A stretch of 64,000 nt of DNA, filler included, from Dugesia japonica (taxonomy: Eukaryota): assembly GCA_001938525.1 (NCBI GenBank). It is 6 parts of 6 records of this genome, joined end to end, with 100 filler letters (N's around TTAATTAATTAA, not from the genome) between each part and the next. Parts side by side here need not be neighbours in the genome. Positions count along the whole stretch, not along the records: positions 28,948 to 43,299 come from MQRL01647577.1; positions 43,400 to 53,418 come from MQRL01634228.1; 4 more parts are not named here. One strand, written 5' to 3'. The translations under genes were made by a program, and so were the position numbers. Of this stretch, positions 40,283-53,518 are shown one piece after another. A model generated the notes under the pieces. That model was not told the DNA's origin and searched no databases. It worked only from the letters and a program-made list of their open reading frames with translations. Each line of letters starts with the position of its first letter. The stretch's first letter is position 1.

Positions 40283-42042
40283 ATCAGGATAATTTTTTTA
40301 TTACTTATATTTAGTAATAATCTATTGCTTGCCACTGAAGTCTAATTTTCAGAATATATTTTAATATATTTAGGTTATCGACCAATATCATAATAATCTT
40401 AATAATAATCAATATCATTATTGTGAAAGATACCTCATTGCAGACAATTTTTGGATTGGGTGTTAATTTTATTGTTATTGTGTAAATATTAGTAGGATTA
40501 AAGTAATTTTAAAAAGAAAGACTTTTAAAATAGTGTTTGTCGTGGAACATAGTTCTGGTAAACATGAAATTTGTAAGTCTCTTTTGATTTGTTATTAATT
40601 AGAATTTTTTGAATCGGAAAAAAATTGTAATTACTTTTCATTAATTTTTCTAATTCTTGTAATAGTAAGTGTTAATAAATTTGGTAAATAACTCACGTAG
40701 AACTGTAATTTTTATATCTTGATTACATTGAATTAATCTTTTTATAAAAATTAGTTTTATGAAATTTTCCGTTATCAATTTATATAGTAACAATAAATTT
40801 ATCGATTTTAATTGGTCTTATTTCATTCAAGTTGTATTCATTATTTTTCAAATGAATAACGTAAATGAAAAATATCGACATAAATATAACATCTCTAACA
40901 ATTATAATTATAAAAAATATAATCAATAAAATAGTTTTTCCTTTGATTAAATTTAGTTATTTCAAAGTAATGTTATTTTCTCTATATATATTATTCAAAT
41001 TTTATACATTTTAAATCAGTGACGGAATAAACGATATTTAAAATATTTCCTCCGCCCGGAGGTAGAAAATAAACTTGTGATTTTAAAATAAAATAAATTT
41101 GTAGTAGCATTTTCACTAAATGTTTTATAACATTTAAATTTTTAATGTTTTGTTTGAATATAAGAAACTATTTAAATTTTTGAACCTTAATATGAACAGT
41201 TTAAAAGATGTAATTAGCAAATTATAAGGACCTCTTAGAATACATTATTTTATTTTTAGGAAATAAGAGTTTGCTTGTAAGTCATTTATTGTGTAAGCAT
41301 TGCATTCAAACGTAGAACAAGTAAGAGCCTCTAGATATATTTTTAATTATGTTTGGAAATCTTTAAATAAACGATGCGGTAAATAAAAAAAACAATAAAA
41401 TCAATGAGAATAAGTTTAACTTGAGTAATACGCAATTAAGCTTAATTAATTGCGTTATGTTATTTTCGTGTTTTTATAAAAACCATTAATGTCTCAAATA
41501 CATTAGAAATAATTGATTGTGCTTCGAAAACAAAAATGAGATTTTACGATATGATTAGAAGCTTGGGAGGAAAGAAATAATACAGTTGTCATTTTGGAGG
41601 AAAAAATACACTTGATTTGTTATTTACCTGCTACTAATAAATAATTTTAAGAAAGAAAAATTTTAATATTTCCTAATTTAGCTTTTGTTCAAAATATAAA
41701 TAAGGTTGCACTATTCGTATACCATTAAGATGTTATGATTTTTTTTTGTTGTTTTCATAAATTACATATTGCAATTTTTCATGTTTTTTAAAACTTTATA
41801 TTTAGAGTAATTCTTTTATTTTTTTTAAAATCTAGGTCTGTAACTGAACATGTCTACTCATTGTAGTTCTTTCTATTGTTTTTCTAGTTAATTCAATTAT
41901 CTCAGTAGTTTTGCTTGTTGCTATTCATAATAATTACAGTTAATATTTATTAAAATAAATTCAAATAGATATTTAGAAGTCTTGTAAAATTTGTATAATA
42001 TTATCACTTTTAATAACTTTTTAAATAAAATTTTTTTCTTAC

Positions 42043-42358
42043 CTGATAATACATCGCAAATTTCCCATAAACCTCCGTGCATATTCATTAAACACCAAAT
42101 CTTATCTGAATTGTTGACATGAGCAACTTTAATACCATTTACTTGATTTGCGTCATCCAATAGGTGCTCCAAAACTATAAATTTTGTTTTGTTAGAAACA
42201 AAAAGTGAAATATTGAAAATTGTTTTCTCCCAATTTGGAAGAATAATAACTACTGAGTAAAATGCAGTAGCTAAAATAGGCAATAACCAACTGATAACAA
42301 ATAAAAAGACCGTATTTCGAGAATGATTAGGAAAACAAATTTCCAAATTAATACTCAT
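42043..42358 (-). CDS. First coding exon of a claudin/PMP22-superfamily membrane protein
   Basis: ATG at 42358; hydrophobic segment FLFVISWLLPILATAFYSVVIIL, then PNW, then HGGLWEIC (W...GLWxxC signature); donor AG|GTAAG at 42043/42042, phase 1. No lesions. Later exons not identified. Confidence 0.75.
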
Positions 42359-43399
42359 TTTTAAAAGAATAATTGCGTAATTACTAGAAAAACCATTGAT
42401 CGATATTTTTGCTTTGAAATTGATTTGTATTATGACAAATTATAATACAAACAATGGAATAAATTTCATTGGATATGTAAGTAACCAATGAAAATCTAGT
42501 AAAGGGATTGAAACAAGTGTAAAGGAAAGTTTAGTATCAATATTAATTATACAATGACAAGAAATTCATTTGCTTCAACAGATTAATATAGATATGAATA
42601 GTAATTCTATCTCATTAACGCCCTAATTATTTCAAAGTTTTCTCTTTTACTTTCAAAAGCTACTTTAGTAATTTTAGTGATTTCAAAATTCTACCGCCGA
42701 TCATGCATAAATAATATATTCATTAAGTCAAAATATGATATTTAAAGTGTTTAGAGTAAGAGATTTAAATATAACTCTTTGAGACACCACAGTGTTAAAA
42801 GTGAACCACCTTTCTGATGCGTAAAAAGGCAAAAAACCTAATTGAATTATTATTTTTTATATTTTAAGCCATGCCTCAAAGGATTAAAAATATAAACATG
42901 AATTAATTTTTTTTTCTAATATTGTCATTCGGGAATACAAATTTGAAATCCAAAAACCGACCATTGTTTAACCGATTTATCCATTTTAATAGTTTTTCTA
43001 ACTAATTTTTTTAGTAAATTTTAAATGCTTGTGTAATATTTTTTCAATGTCTGGCAGTTTTTATTTAAAATGGGTTAAATTAAAATGTTAAAATCCAAAT
43101 ATGAAAATACAAAAATATATTAAAATGCATTTTCCTAAAAATTACATTCTCGATTTCCTGGTTTTGAAGTTCAATTTTAATTTTCTCTTCTTTTTAAATT
43201 TCACAAACTTGTAGAAGGCAGATTTAATTAAGTTGTTAAGCTTGACTGAACTAGAGTCAGCGACGGATCTTGGAACTATTCATATGAAGGGCGATACTAN
43301 NNNNNNNNNNNNNNNNNNNNNNNNNNNNNNNNNNNNNNNNNNNTTAATTAATTAANNNNNNNNNNNNNNNNNNNNNNNNNNNNNNNNNNNNNNNNNNNN

Positions 43400-43492
43400 T
43401 CCTGAAGAAGACTATTGTCGAAAATTTGAACCTTTTTTTACAAATAAATTTTGTTTGGTTTTGATCGAAGCCTTATCTTATTTTAATGAAAC
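43400..43492 (+). mobile_element. Copy of the HHR element with intact catalytic core
   Basis: TC-CTGAAGA-A-GAC(TATT)GTC-GAAA-AT-TT|GAAC; the 5' side is lost in the gap. Confidence 0.75.
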
Positions 43493-44750
43493 CTTCTAAG
43501 GAATTAATTAATTACGATTGAAAGTACACTCCCGAGTTTGCCTCTGTCAAATAAGTCTTAGTTTGCTAAAATTTACAAGGCAAGATAATAAGTAATATTC
43601 CGTGTATGAACTAAACAATTTGTGAAAGAGCCGAAGCCGAGGAGTCGTAAGAGCCATGTGTTGTCGATCACTGATCTAGTTGATCGACTTTTATTCAATT
43701 GTCTTTAAACAAAATGCTTTGTTGAAATAGCCGATTGTTGTTACGTAAGTAACATGCTTCAAGTTCGACAGTTCTACACACTATCCAATAATATTTTGTC
43801 ACCGAGCTTAATTAATCTTATCTTTTTCTACATTTCCTTTCTCTTATATGTCAAACCATGAGGATAAATAAACATTTCAAATTCCTCTACATGAAAACTG
43901 TAGTTATGTGCAAAAGTGTGAGAACTGTTCTTCTCGGTCTAATCTCTGAATAACAGTTTTGTATCTAATTTCATAGGAGAATGTGCAAACTCTTCGAGTC
44001 TGAACTCTCAGTTTAATCTCTGCCAAATATTTTTAAAAATACTTTTTTGTCCCCATTATAACTAAATATATATATATATGTTTTTATAATTATAACACGT
44101 TAATTAAATAAGATAGATAATATGATGTAAAGCAGAGGTGTCAAACTCGCGGCCCGGCCAATATATCGGCACTCAATAATATATACACACACATATATAA
44201 ATAAAAAACCGATGCAGAATAAAAACAAGATAGGAAGAATTTTTTTGCTNNNNNNNNNNNNNNNNNNNNNNNNNNNNNNNNNNNNNNNNNNNNNNNNNNT
44301 AGGTAACTACGGTAGTTAAGCAGGAATAATATCTAAAATATGTCAAATTTAGATTACTGATTTTTTGACAGATTAAACATTTTGAAATAATTTTCAAAAA
44401 ATACAAACAAAATGCTTTAAGAAAAGTTAATTAAATGGCCAACTGTTAAATAATTAACAGTGATNNNNNNNNNNNNNNNNNNNNNNNNNNNNNNNNNNNN
44501 NNNNNNNNNNNNNNNNNNNNNNNNNNNNNNNNNNNNNNNNNNNNNNNNNNNNNNNNNNNNNNNNNNNNNNNNNNNNNNNNNNNNNNNNNNNNNNNNNNNN
44601 NNNNNNNNNNNNNNNNNNNNNNNNNNNNNNCAGAATAAATAAAACGCTAATTGACAGATGCATTAAGACGTTGGACGTTAAATATAAACATATAACGAGA
44701 AATTGGTTTGTTGGTATCATCGACAGTAATTATAGACTTCAATATTATTT

Positions 44751-45360
44751 ATACAGGGTGTTAGTTAAACATGGGGCAAAATTTTATGGTTTGATGTAAA
44801 ATTAAAAAGTAAGATAAGAATCTCTCATGAACTTGTATTCTAAAATGCTTCCTTTCGGTCGAAAAATGGAAACAAAGGAATTTAGTATTTTGAAGANNNN
44901 NNNNNNNNNNNNNNNNNNNNNNNNNNNNNNNNNNNNNNNNNNNNNNATGAACTTGTATTCTAAAATGCTTCCTTTCGGTCGAAAAATGGAAACAAAGGAA
45001 TTTAGTATTTTGAAGAAAGAATCAAGTAGAAAAATGATATTGCGCCGAACTTTTCATCGTTGGACTCGCAATTACACTACGGACAAATTGGTGTATGGAA
45101 AAAGTTCTANTAACGTAATCCTAAAAAGTAATTAAACAAAGAAATCTTTAAAAGTGGATAAAAGCCTCCATTTTGAATTTTTTTAAATTGTTTCTTGTAC
45201 AATTCGGTAAAGGATTAAAAACTATCTATACATTGTTTAAAGAATTTGTATGCGAAAATGAATACTTTACGAGTAAATCACATAAGAAAGAACAAATGAC
45301 TTTTAAAAAATATTTTTAAAATGAGTTTTTGGAACCATTTCTTTATCAACATGTATCAAA
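44751..45360. mobile_element. Probable non-autonomous Tc1/mariner-type element
   Basis: Starts TA|CAGGGTG; no coding remnant; right end not found. Confidence 0.35.
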
Positions 45361-47299
45361 CTTGATATCATTAGATGACAAATACGTCTGTCATGTTACA
45401 ATAGAAGTNGACCAAAAGTTTTAAAAATTACATAGAAGTCGGTGTGATATTTATTATCTCCACACAAACTATATTCCTCTTGATCTGTTGAAATGCCTAT
45501 TGGAATCATCATCAGGGCAGAACAACTTCTCCTCTTCGAATGTTCTAGAAAATTAAAAAGATGGCCACTTGAAAAACAGTCTAATTTATGATAAATCGAA
45601 AATTCCAGAAATTGCGATTTCACAACCTAATCATGTTTCAGTTTTGACAGCTAAAAATGCTTTTGTTCAGATTTCTCTTGATATGTGGAAAGGCCTATTG
45701 GAATCATCATCTCGACAGAACAACTTCTCTTCTGTGCATTGTTACCTTGGCATATTAAAAGGAAGAAAAGGAAGAAAGCCAGAAGAGTTCGCCTATACTA
45801 CAGAAAAATGGGTACTCCCACATTTAGGAAGANNNNNNNNNNNNNNNNNNNNNNNNNNNNNNNNNNNNNNNNNNNNNNNNNNNNNNNNNNNNNNNNNNNN
45901 NNNNNNNNNNNNNNNNNNNNNNNNNNNNNNNNNNNNNNNNNNNNNNNNNNNNNNNNNNNNNNNNNNNNNNNNNNNNAAGGTGGTTGCAGAAGCTATGATG
46001 ACCAGTGTGGAGCAGCATGATAATAAAGTAAGTTTAAAATCAGGAAAAGGAGTGACAGACAATCTTTTTTAAATAGTAAAAACAAAAATCTCGAAACTTA
46101 TAAAGAAAATGCGAATAGTTAAGAGAAATTTAAATGAAAACACGAAACAGAATTTGACATCTGAACTAAATTATCATTTAATTAAATTATTGCAAATTCC
46201 AATGAAAGTAGATTCAAGCTTGTTTATTTATTGTTCTACATAAAATTATTGTAAATAATACACATTTGAAAAGAAAAACCGTTAAGTGACGTCACATGGT
46301 ATGAAAAAATTAGACTGCTCCTATCGTTGTTTCAATGTTAATCTTCGCGGCCGTTTTTAAATAAGTACAACGAATGTATATGAAAAGTTAACATTTGTCG
46401 ATATTTACTATTACTAATCTGGAATTTATAGTATTCATAAGATTTACGAAATTTAGCATAATTTATTGATTTGTCAAATTCTATCATTCTAATCACTATA
46501 TTTCCTGCCATTGGAATTGCGTATGAATTACATTGTCGACAAGATCATCTGCTATTAATCATCTATAAATTTCATAAAACCGAATATTTCTTTATTTTAT
46601 AGTGAGAAGTGATTAATTCTTTGAACGCGTTAAACGAAGTATAAAATTCGATCTGAAAGATGGAAATTTTTCATAAAAAATAAAGTATTTTACAAAATTC
46701 CTTTTAATTAATATCTTGATTCAATACACCGAAAATTATTTGTCAGGTTATATTTTGGGAGAAAGGGGGGCTCAAAAAATGAAATTTTAATATCAAAAAA
46801 TTAATTTTTTCGTAAATTTATCGATAGTGATTATACAGCTATTAGTCGTGATTTATGATTTTACAAGGGAGGGAAAGTCTAATACCCACCACTAGCTATG
46901 TTTATGACATAATAGGACTGTCAAACTTTGATGAAGAGNNNNNNNNNNNNNNNNNNNNNNNNNNNNNNNNNNNNNNNNNNNNNNNNNNNNNNNNNNNNNN
47001 NNNNNNNNNNNNNNNNNNNNAAAAACAAATTACTCACGTTAAGTATCAAAGAGGGGATGAAAATAATCTCAGGGACAGCACAACAGTATACACGACTTCA
47101 CAAAACACTAACTAGACTAAGAATTCAAAATCATCAGCGTTAACACATATGGTAACCATATAATAAAAATTAATCCTGCCTCTATAATTTTGAAAAGAAA
47201 GAGACATATGTTTGGCATTTCTTTGACCCACCCCTGCGCAATATTTAAACACAAAACGGTCTGTATATCACAGACAGTGTTATAAATGCAAGACGACAA

Positions 47300-47414
47300 A
47301 AATCGACTACCGCGTCGAAAGGTAGCGTACAAGCCATGGACTATAGTCGATTTATGCGTCGAAATGGGAAAAAATTCGTGCGAATTTAGTCGATTTACGT
47401 GTTTAAAGGGTTAA
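47300..47414. mobile_element. piggyBac-like terminus
   Basis: ...GTTTAAAGGG|TTAA at 47401-47414 with repeated GTCGATTTA subterminal motifs. Confidence 0.55.
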
Positions 47415-48154
47415 TAAATTAAAATGTAAATCCAAAATAGTTAAGTAAACATTTTACTATACTCAGTAAAATATATTTCGAGTGGTTTATTTTCAAATAA
47501 AATTCAATTTAATCTAATTTTTTATTTAAATTTCAAAAGTAAATTTTGGAATTAATTTATTTGTCAAAATCAATTTATTTTAATCATGTGCGTATCCCCA
47601 GAATTCGATAAATCATCGATGATGATTGTTGCCTTAAGAAAAAGCCAAGAAGTATTAATTGAAAATATGNNNNNNNNNNNNNNNNNNNNNNNNNNNNNNT
47701 AAATAGTTTATAAGAGATCATTTCTAAATTAGATTTACATTAGATTTTAATAATTTTTAAATTTAGAATATAATAATTTTTAAAAATATTCTTGAAATCT
47801 TTTATAACTTTTACTTCAAACTTTCAATTGTTAATTTTCAATTTTTAATCCGTACAGTTTGTAAATTATGTTCAATGAAATTATAATTGATAAATATATA
47901 AAAACAATTTTAAGTTTACTTTTTCATGTATTTCTGACGGTAAACTTTAACTGTAACCATAGAAAGTTTCTAAAATTTAAATGAATATGGGTATAAAACA
48001 AGTTGCATAATCTCATGAGTAATATATACTCTACCTAATAAGCTGACGGTATCTAATATTGGTAATTCTTGAGCAAATCTTTAACTCTAAATCAAGAGTT
48101 TCCAAAATGGAAACTCTTGGACCACATTGCCTACTCAACACCATTCAGCAGTTC

Positions 48155-49835
48155 GTAGGGTTTTTTTTCTGTAAAAAAAATCGAAACCGATTAACCATCA
48201 TAAAGAACTGCGGTTTTCGGTTTTATTTGAAAATATGTAGGAAAAGAAAAGTTTCTGTACGGGAAAAAATAATCATCCACATCTGTAAGGGATTAAATTT
48301 TGTTCACCATTGTCCAGTTTTTCAAAAATATCATGGAACGTTTGAAAACTCGTGAAAATCNAGAATTAACAGATTTGGCTACATGCTTATTAGATCCTTT
48401 AAAATTCCCAACAAAGTCTTCTTTAATATTGGCCGGAAATCTTTTTGAACGGCTTTATCCAAACGACAATTAGGTTGAAGGTTAATGTTCGGCAAATTCA
48501 AAAGAATTATAAGAAGTGGCCAATTCAAATTATTCCCTGCAAGACAAAGTTCAAAAAGCTATTCAGGAAGTATTAAAGAAAAATACTTATAGACAACAAG
48601 TAGCTCTTCAAATTCTATGACCCAGGAGTTCACTACATATAAAAGAACTTCCGAGAGAACAAAAAAAATTAAATATTTTGTTTCAAGGACTCTCTACAAT
48701 TAAAGCTACATCCATTTTTGCCGAAAGAATATTTTCTTTAAGCGCAAACTTTTGTACAAAATTAAGATCTCGATTAAACGACTAACATTTAAATAGTTTA
48801 GTGTTTTTAAATNNNNNNNNNNNNNNNNNNNNNNNNNNNNNNNNNNNNNNNNNNNNNNNNNNAAGGGATTAAATTTTGTTCACCATTGTCCAGTTTTTCA
48901 AAAATATCATGGAACGTTTGAAAACTCGTGAAAATCTAGAATTAACAGATTTGGCTACATGCTTATTAGATCCTTTAAAATTCCCAACAAANTCTTCTTT
49001 AATATTGGCCGGAAATCTTTTTGAACGACTTTATCCAGACGACAATTAGGTTGAAGGTTAATGTTCGGCAAATTCAAAAGAATTATAAGAAGTGACCAAT
49101 TCAAATTATTCCCTGCAAGACAAAGTTCAAAAAGCTATTCACGAAGTATTAAAGAAAATTACTTATAGATAACAAGTCGCTCTTCAAATTCTATGACACA
49201 GGAGTTCACTACATATAAAAGAACTTCCGAGAGAACAAAAAAAATTAAATATTTTGTTTCAAGCACTCTCTACAATTAAAGCTACATCCATTTTTGCCGA
49301 AAGAATATTTTCTCTAAGCGCAAACTTTTGTACAAAATTAAGATCTCGATTAAACGACTAACATTTAAATAGTTTAGTGTTTTTAAATTATTTTTTAAAT
49401 TTAAAATAAACCAAGTTTTGTTTCCAATTTTTTTTAGTTTTATAATTAAAAAAAACATAAATATTTATATTCATAGATATAATATTTTAGCTTGTACTTA
49501 GTTGTACCTTTATTTAAACTCTAATATATTTATGTATCAATATGTATTCTGTATTTTTAACTATTTACCATATGAATTATACAATCGAATGACGTTTACA
49601 TCGTTCATTAAAGGAAATCATAGCCAAGAAACTAGATTGGAATATTTATATATGAAGTAAATAATTTCCAATGTTTAGAAATATTAAAATCAACTAAACT
49701 GCTCCAATTATTTTAAAACAAATATATATTCAAAATTTCTAGTTCCATCCCATTCAAATATCAGAGACTATTACCAAAAGTTCTTAAAAACCGAAAACCT
49801 CGGTTTTGAAAAAGTGCGGATTGCCAGAAATCCTA
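48155..49835 (+). mobile_element. Deleted hAT element with C-terminal dimerisation-domain remnant, duplicated across a gap
   Basis: TAGGG.. left end and ..TCCTA right end with AACCG repeats. ALSTIKATSIFAERIFSLSANFCTKLRSRLND at ~48690 and ~49265. Confidence 0.75.
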
Positions 49836-52800
49836 GCAGTTCTTAATAAAAAAGATAAATAACTCTGATATATAAATTTTAATAAAGTCTTAGGAGCATT
49901 ACCAGAATATTTGCATATTATCACAAATAATAATGAAAATATTAATGGGATTATTAATCTTCTTAAACTGAGATTCCAAATTTTAAAAGTTCATTACAAA
50001 TATAGACTTCAAATGTTTATCAGATAAATCTGCTTTGTATTTTGACTTGTTCATTTTTAAAAATATCTCTAAAAATAGAGATTGGTTTAGCGGGAAATTT
50101 CATTAAATTTGGAAAATACTTATTGTTTAAAATTTTATAGAAGTATATCAAGTTTCATTCTTGTATTTATCTTTTTTTATGGTCATTTATTATGAAGTTC
50201 AATAAATTTCATTTTTATTTTTATCAAGCAGATTTTGTAATGGTTTAATTTTCTTCGCATCACCATCCAAATGAGCACATCTTTTCTGAAATTGTTTTTA
50301 TAAGATTTGAAATAATTAAATTTGCAAACACAGAAAAAAATTCTCCTTCACTTTTTCTGTAATTCTGCTCAACATGATATATTAGAGAAGTAATGATCCT
50401 CCATATGGTTGTCTACAAGTATCAACCTTGATATGGATTCCTTGGTGTATTTTAATCAATTAAAAACCAAGNATAATGTTCATCATAGTATCTGCTCATG
50501 TTCTATAAATTATATTCATTCTCAGAACACCTGTTTAACAGAGTAAATTTTAATAAGATTTCCTGTCTCTTGTATTAAAAAAAATTTCCTATCCTTTAAA
50601 AGATTTCCTGTTAACTTTTTAAATTAATTACTTATTTGGTTAAATTTTTCACGTGTTTTATTTTATTCATAATTACTGAAAATAACTTCATTTTGTGTTA
50701 ATGCACTAACATATTTTGTTTAAGGTCGTGTGAAATATTATATTCATATAAAAAGCGCACAACTAATGTGATTATAGTAAACAAATTGATCAATAACTCT
50801 GTTTGAACATGTTATTGAATTTTCTATTTCTCTAGATATAATAATAATAATAATAATATTCGGTTGAGAATATATTGTTTTGTAATTTATTATTTCACTT
50901 AAAAAATTTGAATATCCATCAATACACCGGCAATGGTTAACTCGTATTTTTATTGATTATTATTAATTTTATGAAATTATTTCTTGCATTTTAATAATTT
51001 CAATTACAAAATTTTTTTAAATATTATTTTAACCATATTTCTACCCGATTCAAACAGAACTAGAATAAATTTCGACAAATATTAGGCTTAATTGTTTCGA
51101 GAGATAAATAATTAAATTAGTATTTTTAAAAGTTCATATTGGTCAGTAATTTGCATACAACAATTTTCTAAATTGGAAATCATTGATAAATAATATAAAA
51201 CAATGATTGATAGATGTTTTAGTCGATTAAAATTGTTGGAATTATTACTACGTTATTGAAATTTTTACACAAAAATCTATTTATAAAATGTTTTAAGCAA
51301 ATCTTTTTGATAATAATAATATTTCATACTTAAATACAAAAAATCCTTTAAAATCATTTTTTTATAAAAAATATTTTAATTAATATTATATTCAATTTGT
51401 ATTAAAATAAAATTTGCCAACTCTAACAAATTTCAATAAAAATATATCCATATGTTAAAGAACTGTCTTTTAAAATATAGGACGGTTGGTAAGCCTACTG
51501 TTAAATGAGCGCAAAGCTTCTTTTTCTTCATTGAGAGTTTCATGATTAACATTAATAGTTTTATAATTTACTTTTAGATTACAAATTAGAAACCTACATT
51601 TTATGTTTTCTGTTGCCTTATTTTTAAAGTGGTTTAATCGTTTTTATTAAATAAATCAAAAAATTTCAAATAAATACTCTATCAAATACTCTATATACTC
51701 TATAACAAGGCCATTTAAATATAGATTTTTGATATAAAACGTGTTGAATATTCTTTATTTTTAACTATTTGTAAAATTTGATGAAAAATAAAAACAAAAT
51801 ATTCATAAATTTAAAACGTTTTAAAGTACATTAAAGAATTTTGGCTTTTGTAAACTTGAACACGATTTAAACACATGTGACGAACGGATGGGGTACGCCA
51901 ATGTTTAGTTTACAGTTATCATTTAATTTTTAGTTTATTTTAATGCTTTACTATTATTGGGGGAAATGATGTTAGAAATAAAAGATAATTGACGTCTTTT
52001 CTAAATTCATAAAAGGACAAGGACTAAAAAGCACAGTTAAATAACTGCCTTTAAAATAAAGGACGGTTTGCAACCCTAAATTTATAATAAAACATTAATT
52101 TTAAAATTTTCAATTTCGCAAATAATGATAGCAAAAACTTTTAATAATAAAATGGATTTAAAATTTTAATGTACTATTCTAATACTATTCTAAACTTGTT
52201 AATTAATATCGATGTAGTTATTTATTTCTTATTAATAAATTTATTTTTATTAATTATTCATTATTAATTATTATTAATTTATTATTATAAATTTATTATT
52301 TGGTAAACTTATCCTCATTATTTATATATTATTTCATGTTTTTACTCTTAAAAATTCATATTAATTACACTCTTAATTTCAATAAATACTTCTAAGTGTT
52401 TTTATTTATTAAACTGCTATTTTATGAACGCGTGTAATTTTGTGTTCATCTCTATAATTAAAATTGAAAATGTTGGAACCAAAATAAATGTGAAAGTTAA
52501 AAACAAATTTTATGATAAAAATAGATCTAATATACTAAAGTTAACAAAAGTAGCTCTTCTAAATATTCTGCTCTGACAATCGATTTTTATCAGTGAAATA
52601 CCAATTAATTTAATGAATAAATGAAATTTTCCGAGTAAAAAGTGTTATTCGAAAAATTCACACATTATTATACTGGCGCTTCATAAAATTATGATTGCAA
52701 CTTTAAATTGGGTTCACTTTTTCAATATTCTTTATGATTAGTAAACATGTATCTTTTAAACATGTTAAAAAAAATTTTTTATTTTGAAAATTACAAATTA

Positions 52801-53351
52801 TTAAACTAATTATTCATACAAGTTAAACTTGTCTCTCTGAAGCATTGGAAACAGTATGGCATCATTCATGAATTATTATAAACAAAAATTTTCTTAATTA
52901 CTAAAAGCAAATGTAATATATTTAGAATTGTATGAATCAAAATACTTGTCGGTGAAAAAAAATGGCGATTTAATTAAACGTTTCGGTAGAATTTCATCTT
53001 GTGGTGATAATTATTTACAATTAATTGATACATGCTAAAATTTTCTTTCGTTTTTTAACATTAATATTAAATAGTTTTTTCTAGGAATCTAGTAGCAATA
53101 TAAAATTATTATTAAAATATTAAAAAATAATTTTGGAATGTTATTTTAGTGCCTCTCGTTTCCAGAATGTGTCCCAGTGATATATGTCGAGTTTGGAAAA
53201 GTGGAGGAAACGTTAGAATTGATACAACTTTAGTTGGATTTTCCGGATCATCAGACTGGGTTCGAGGCAACTTGAGTTACATATTTAGATTGAGTGGTTA
53301 GATTTAATTTAGATTTAATTTACGATAACTAAGTGAATAATTAAGTGAATG

Positions 53352-53418
<67 letters not shown>

Positions 53419-53518
53419 NNNNNNNNNNNNNNNNNNNNNNNNNNNNNNNNNNNNNNNNNNNNTTAATTAATTAANNNNNNNNNNNNNNNNNNNNNNNNNN
53501 NNNNNNNNNNNNNNNNNN

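Noticed and set aside
45396-46072. ORFs spanning the 45.8-kb gap
   Set aside because: Open only because of N runs; no recognisable motif.
50200-50560. Possible pogo/DDE transposase remnant (LILVDNH on the minus strand)
   Set aside because: A single short motif in heavily decayed sequence; insufficient to call.
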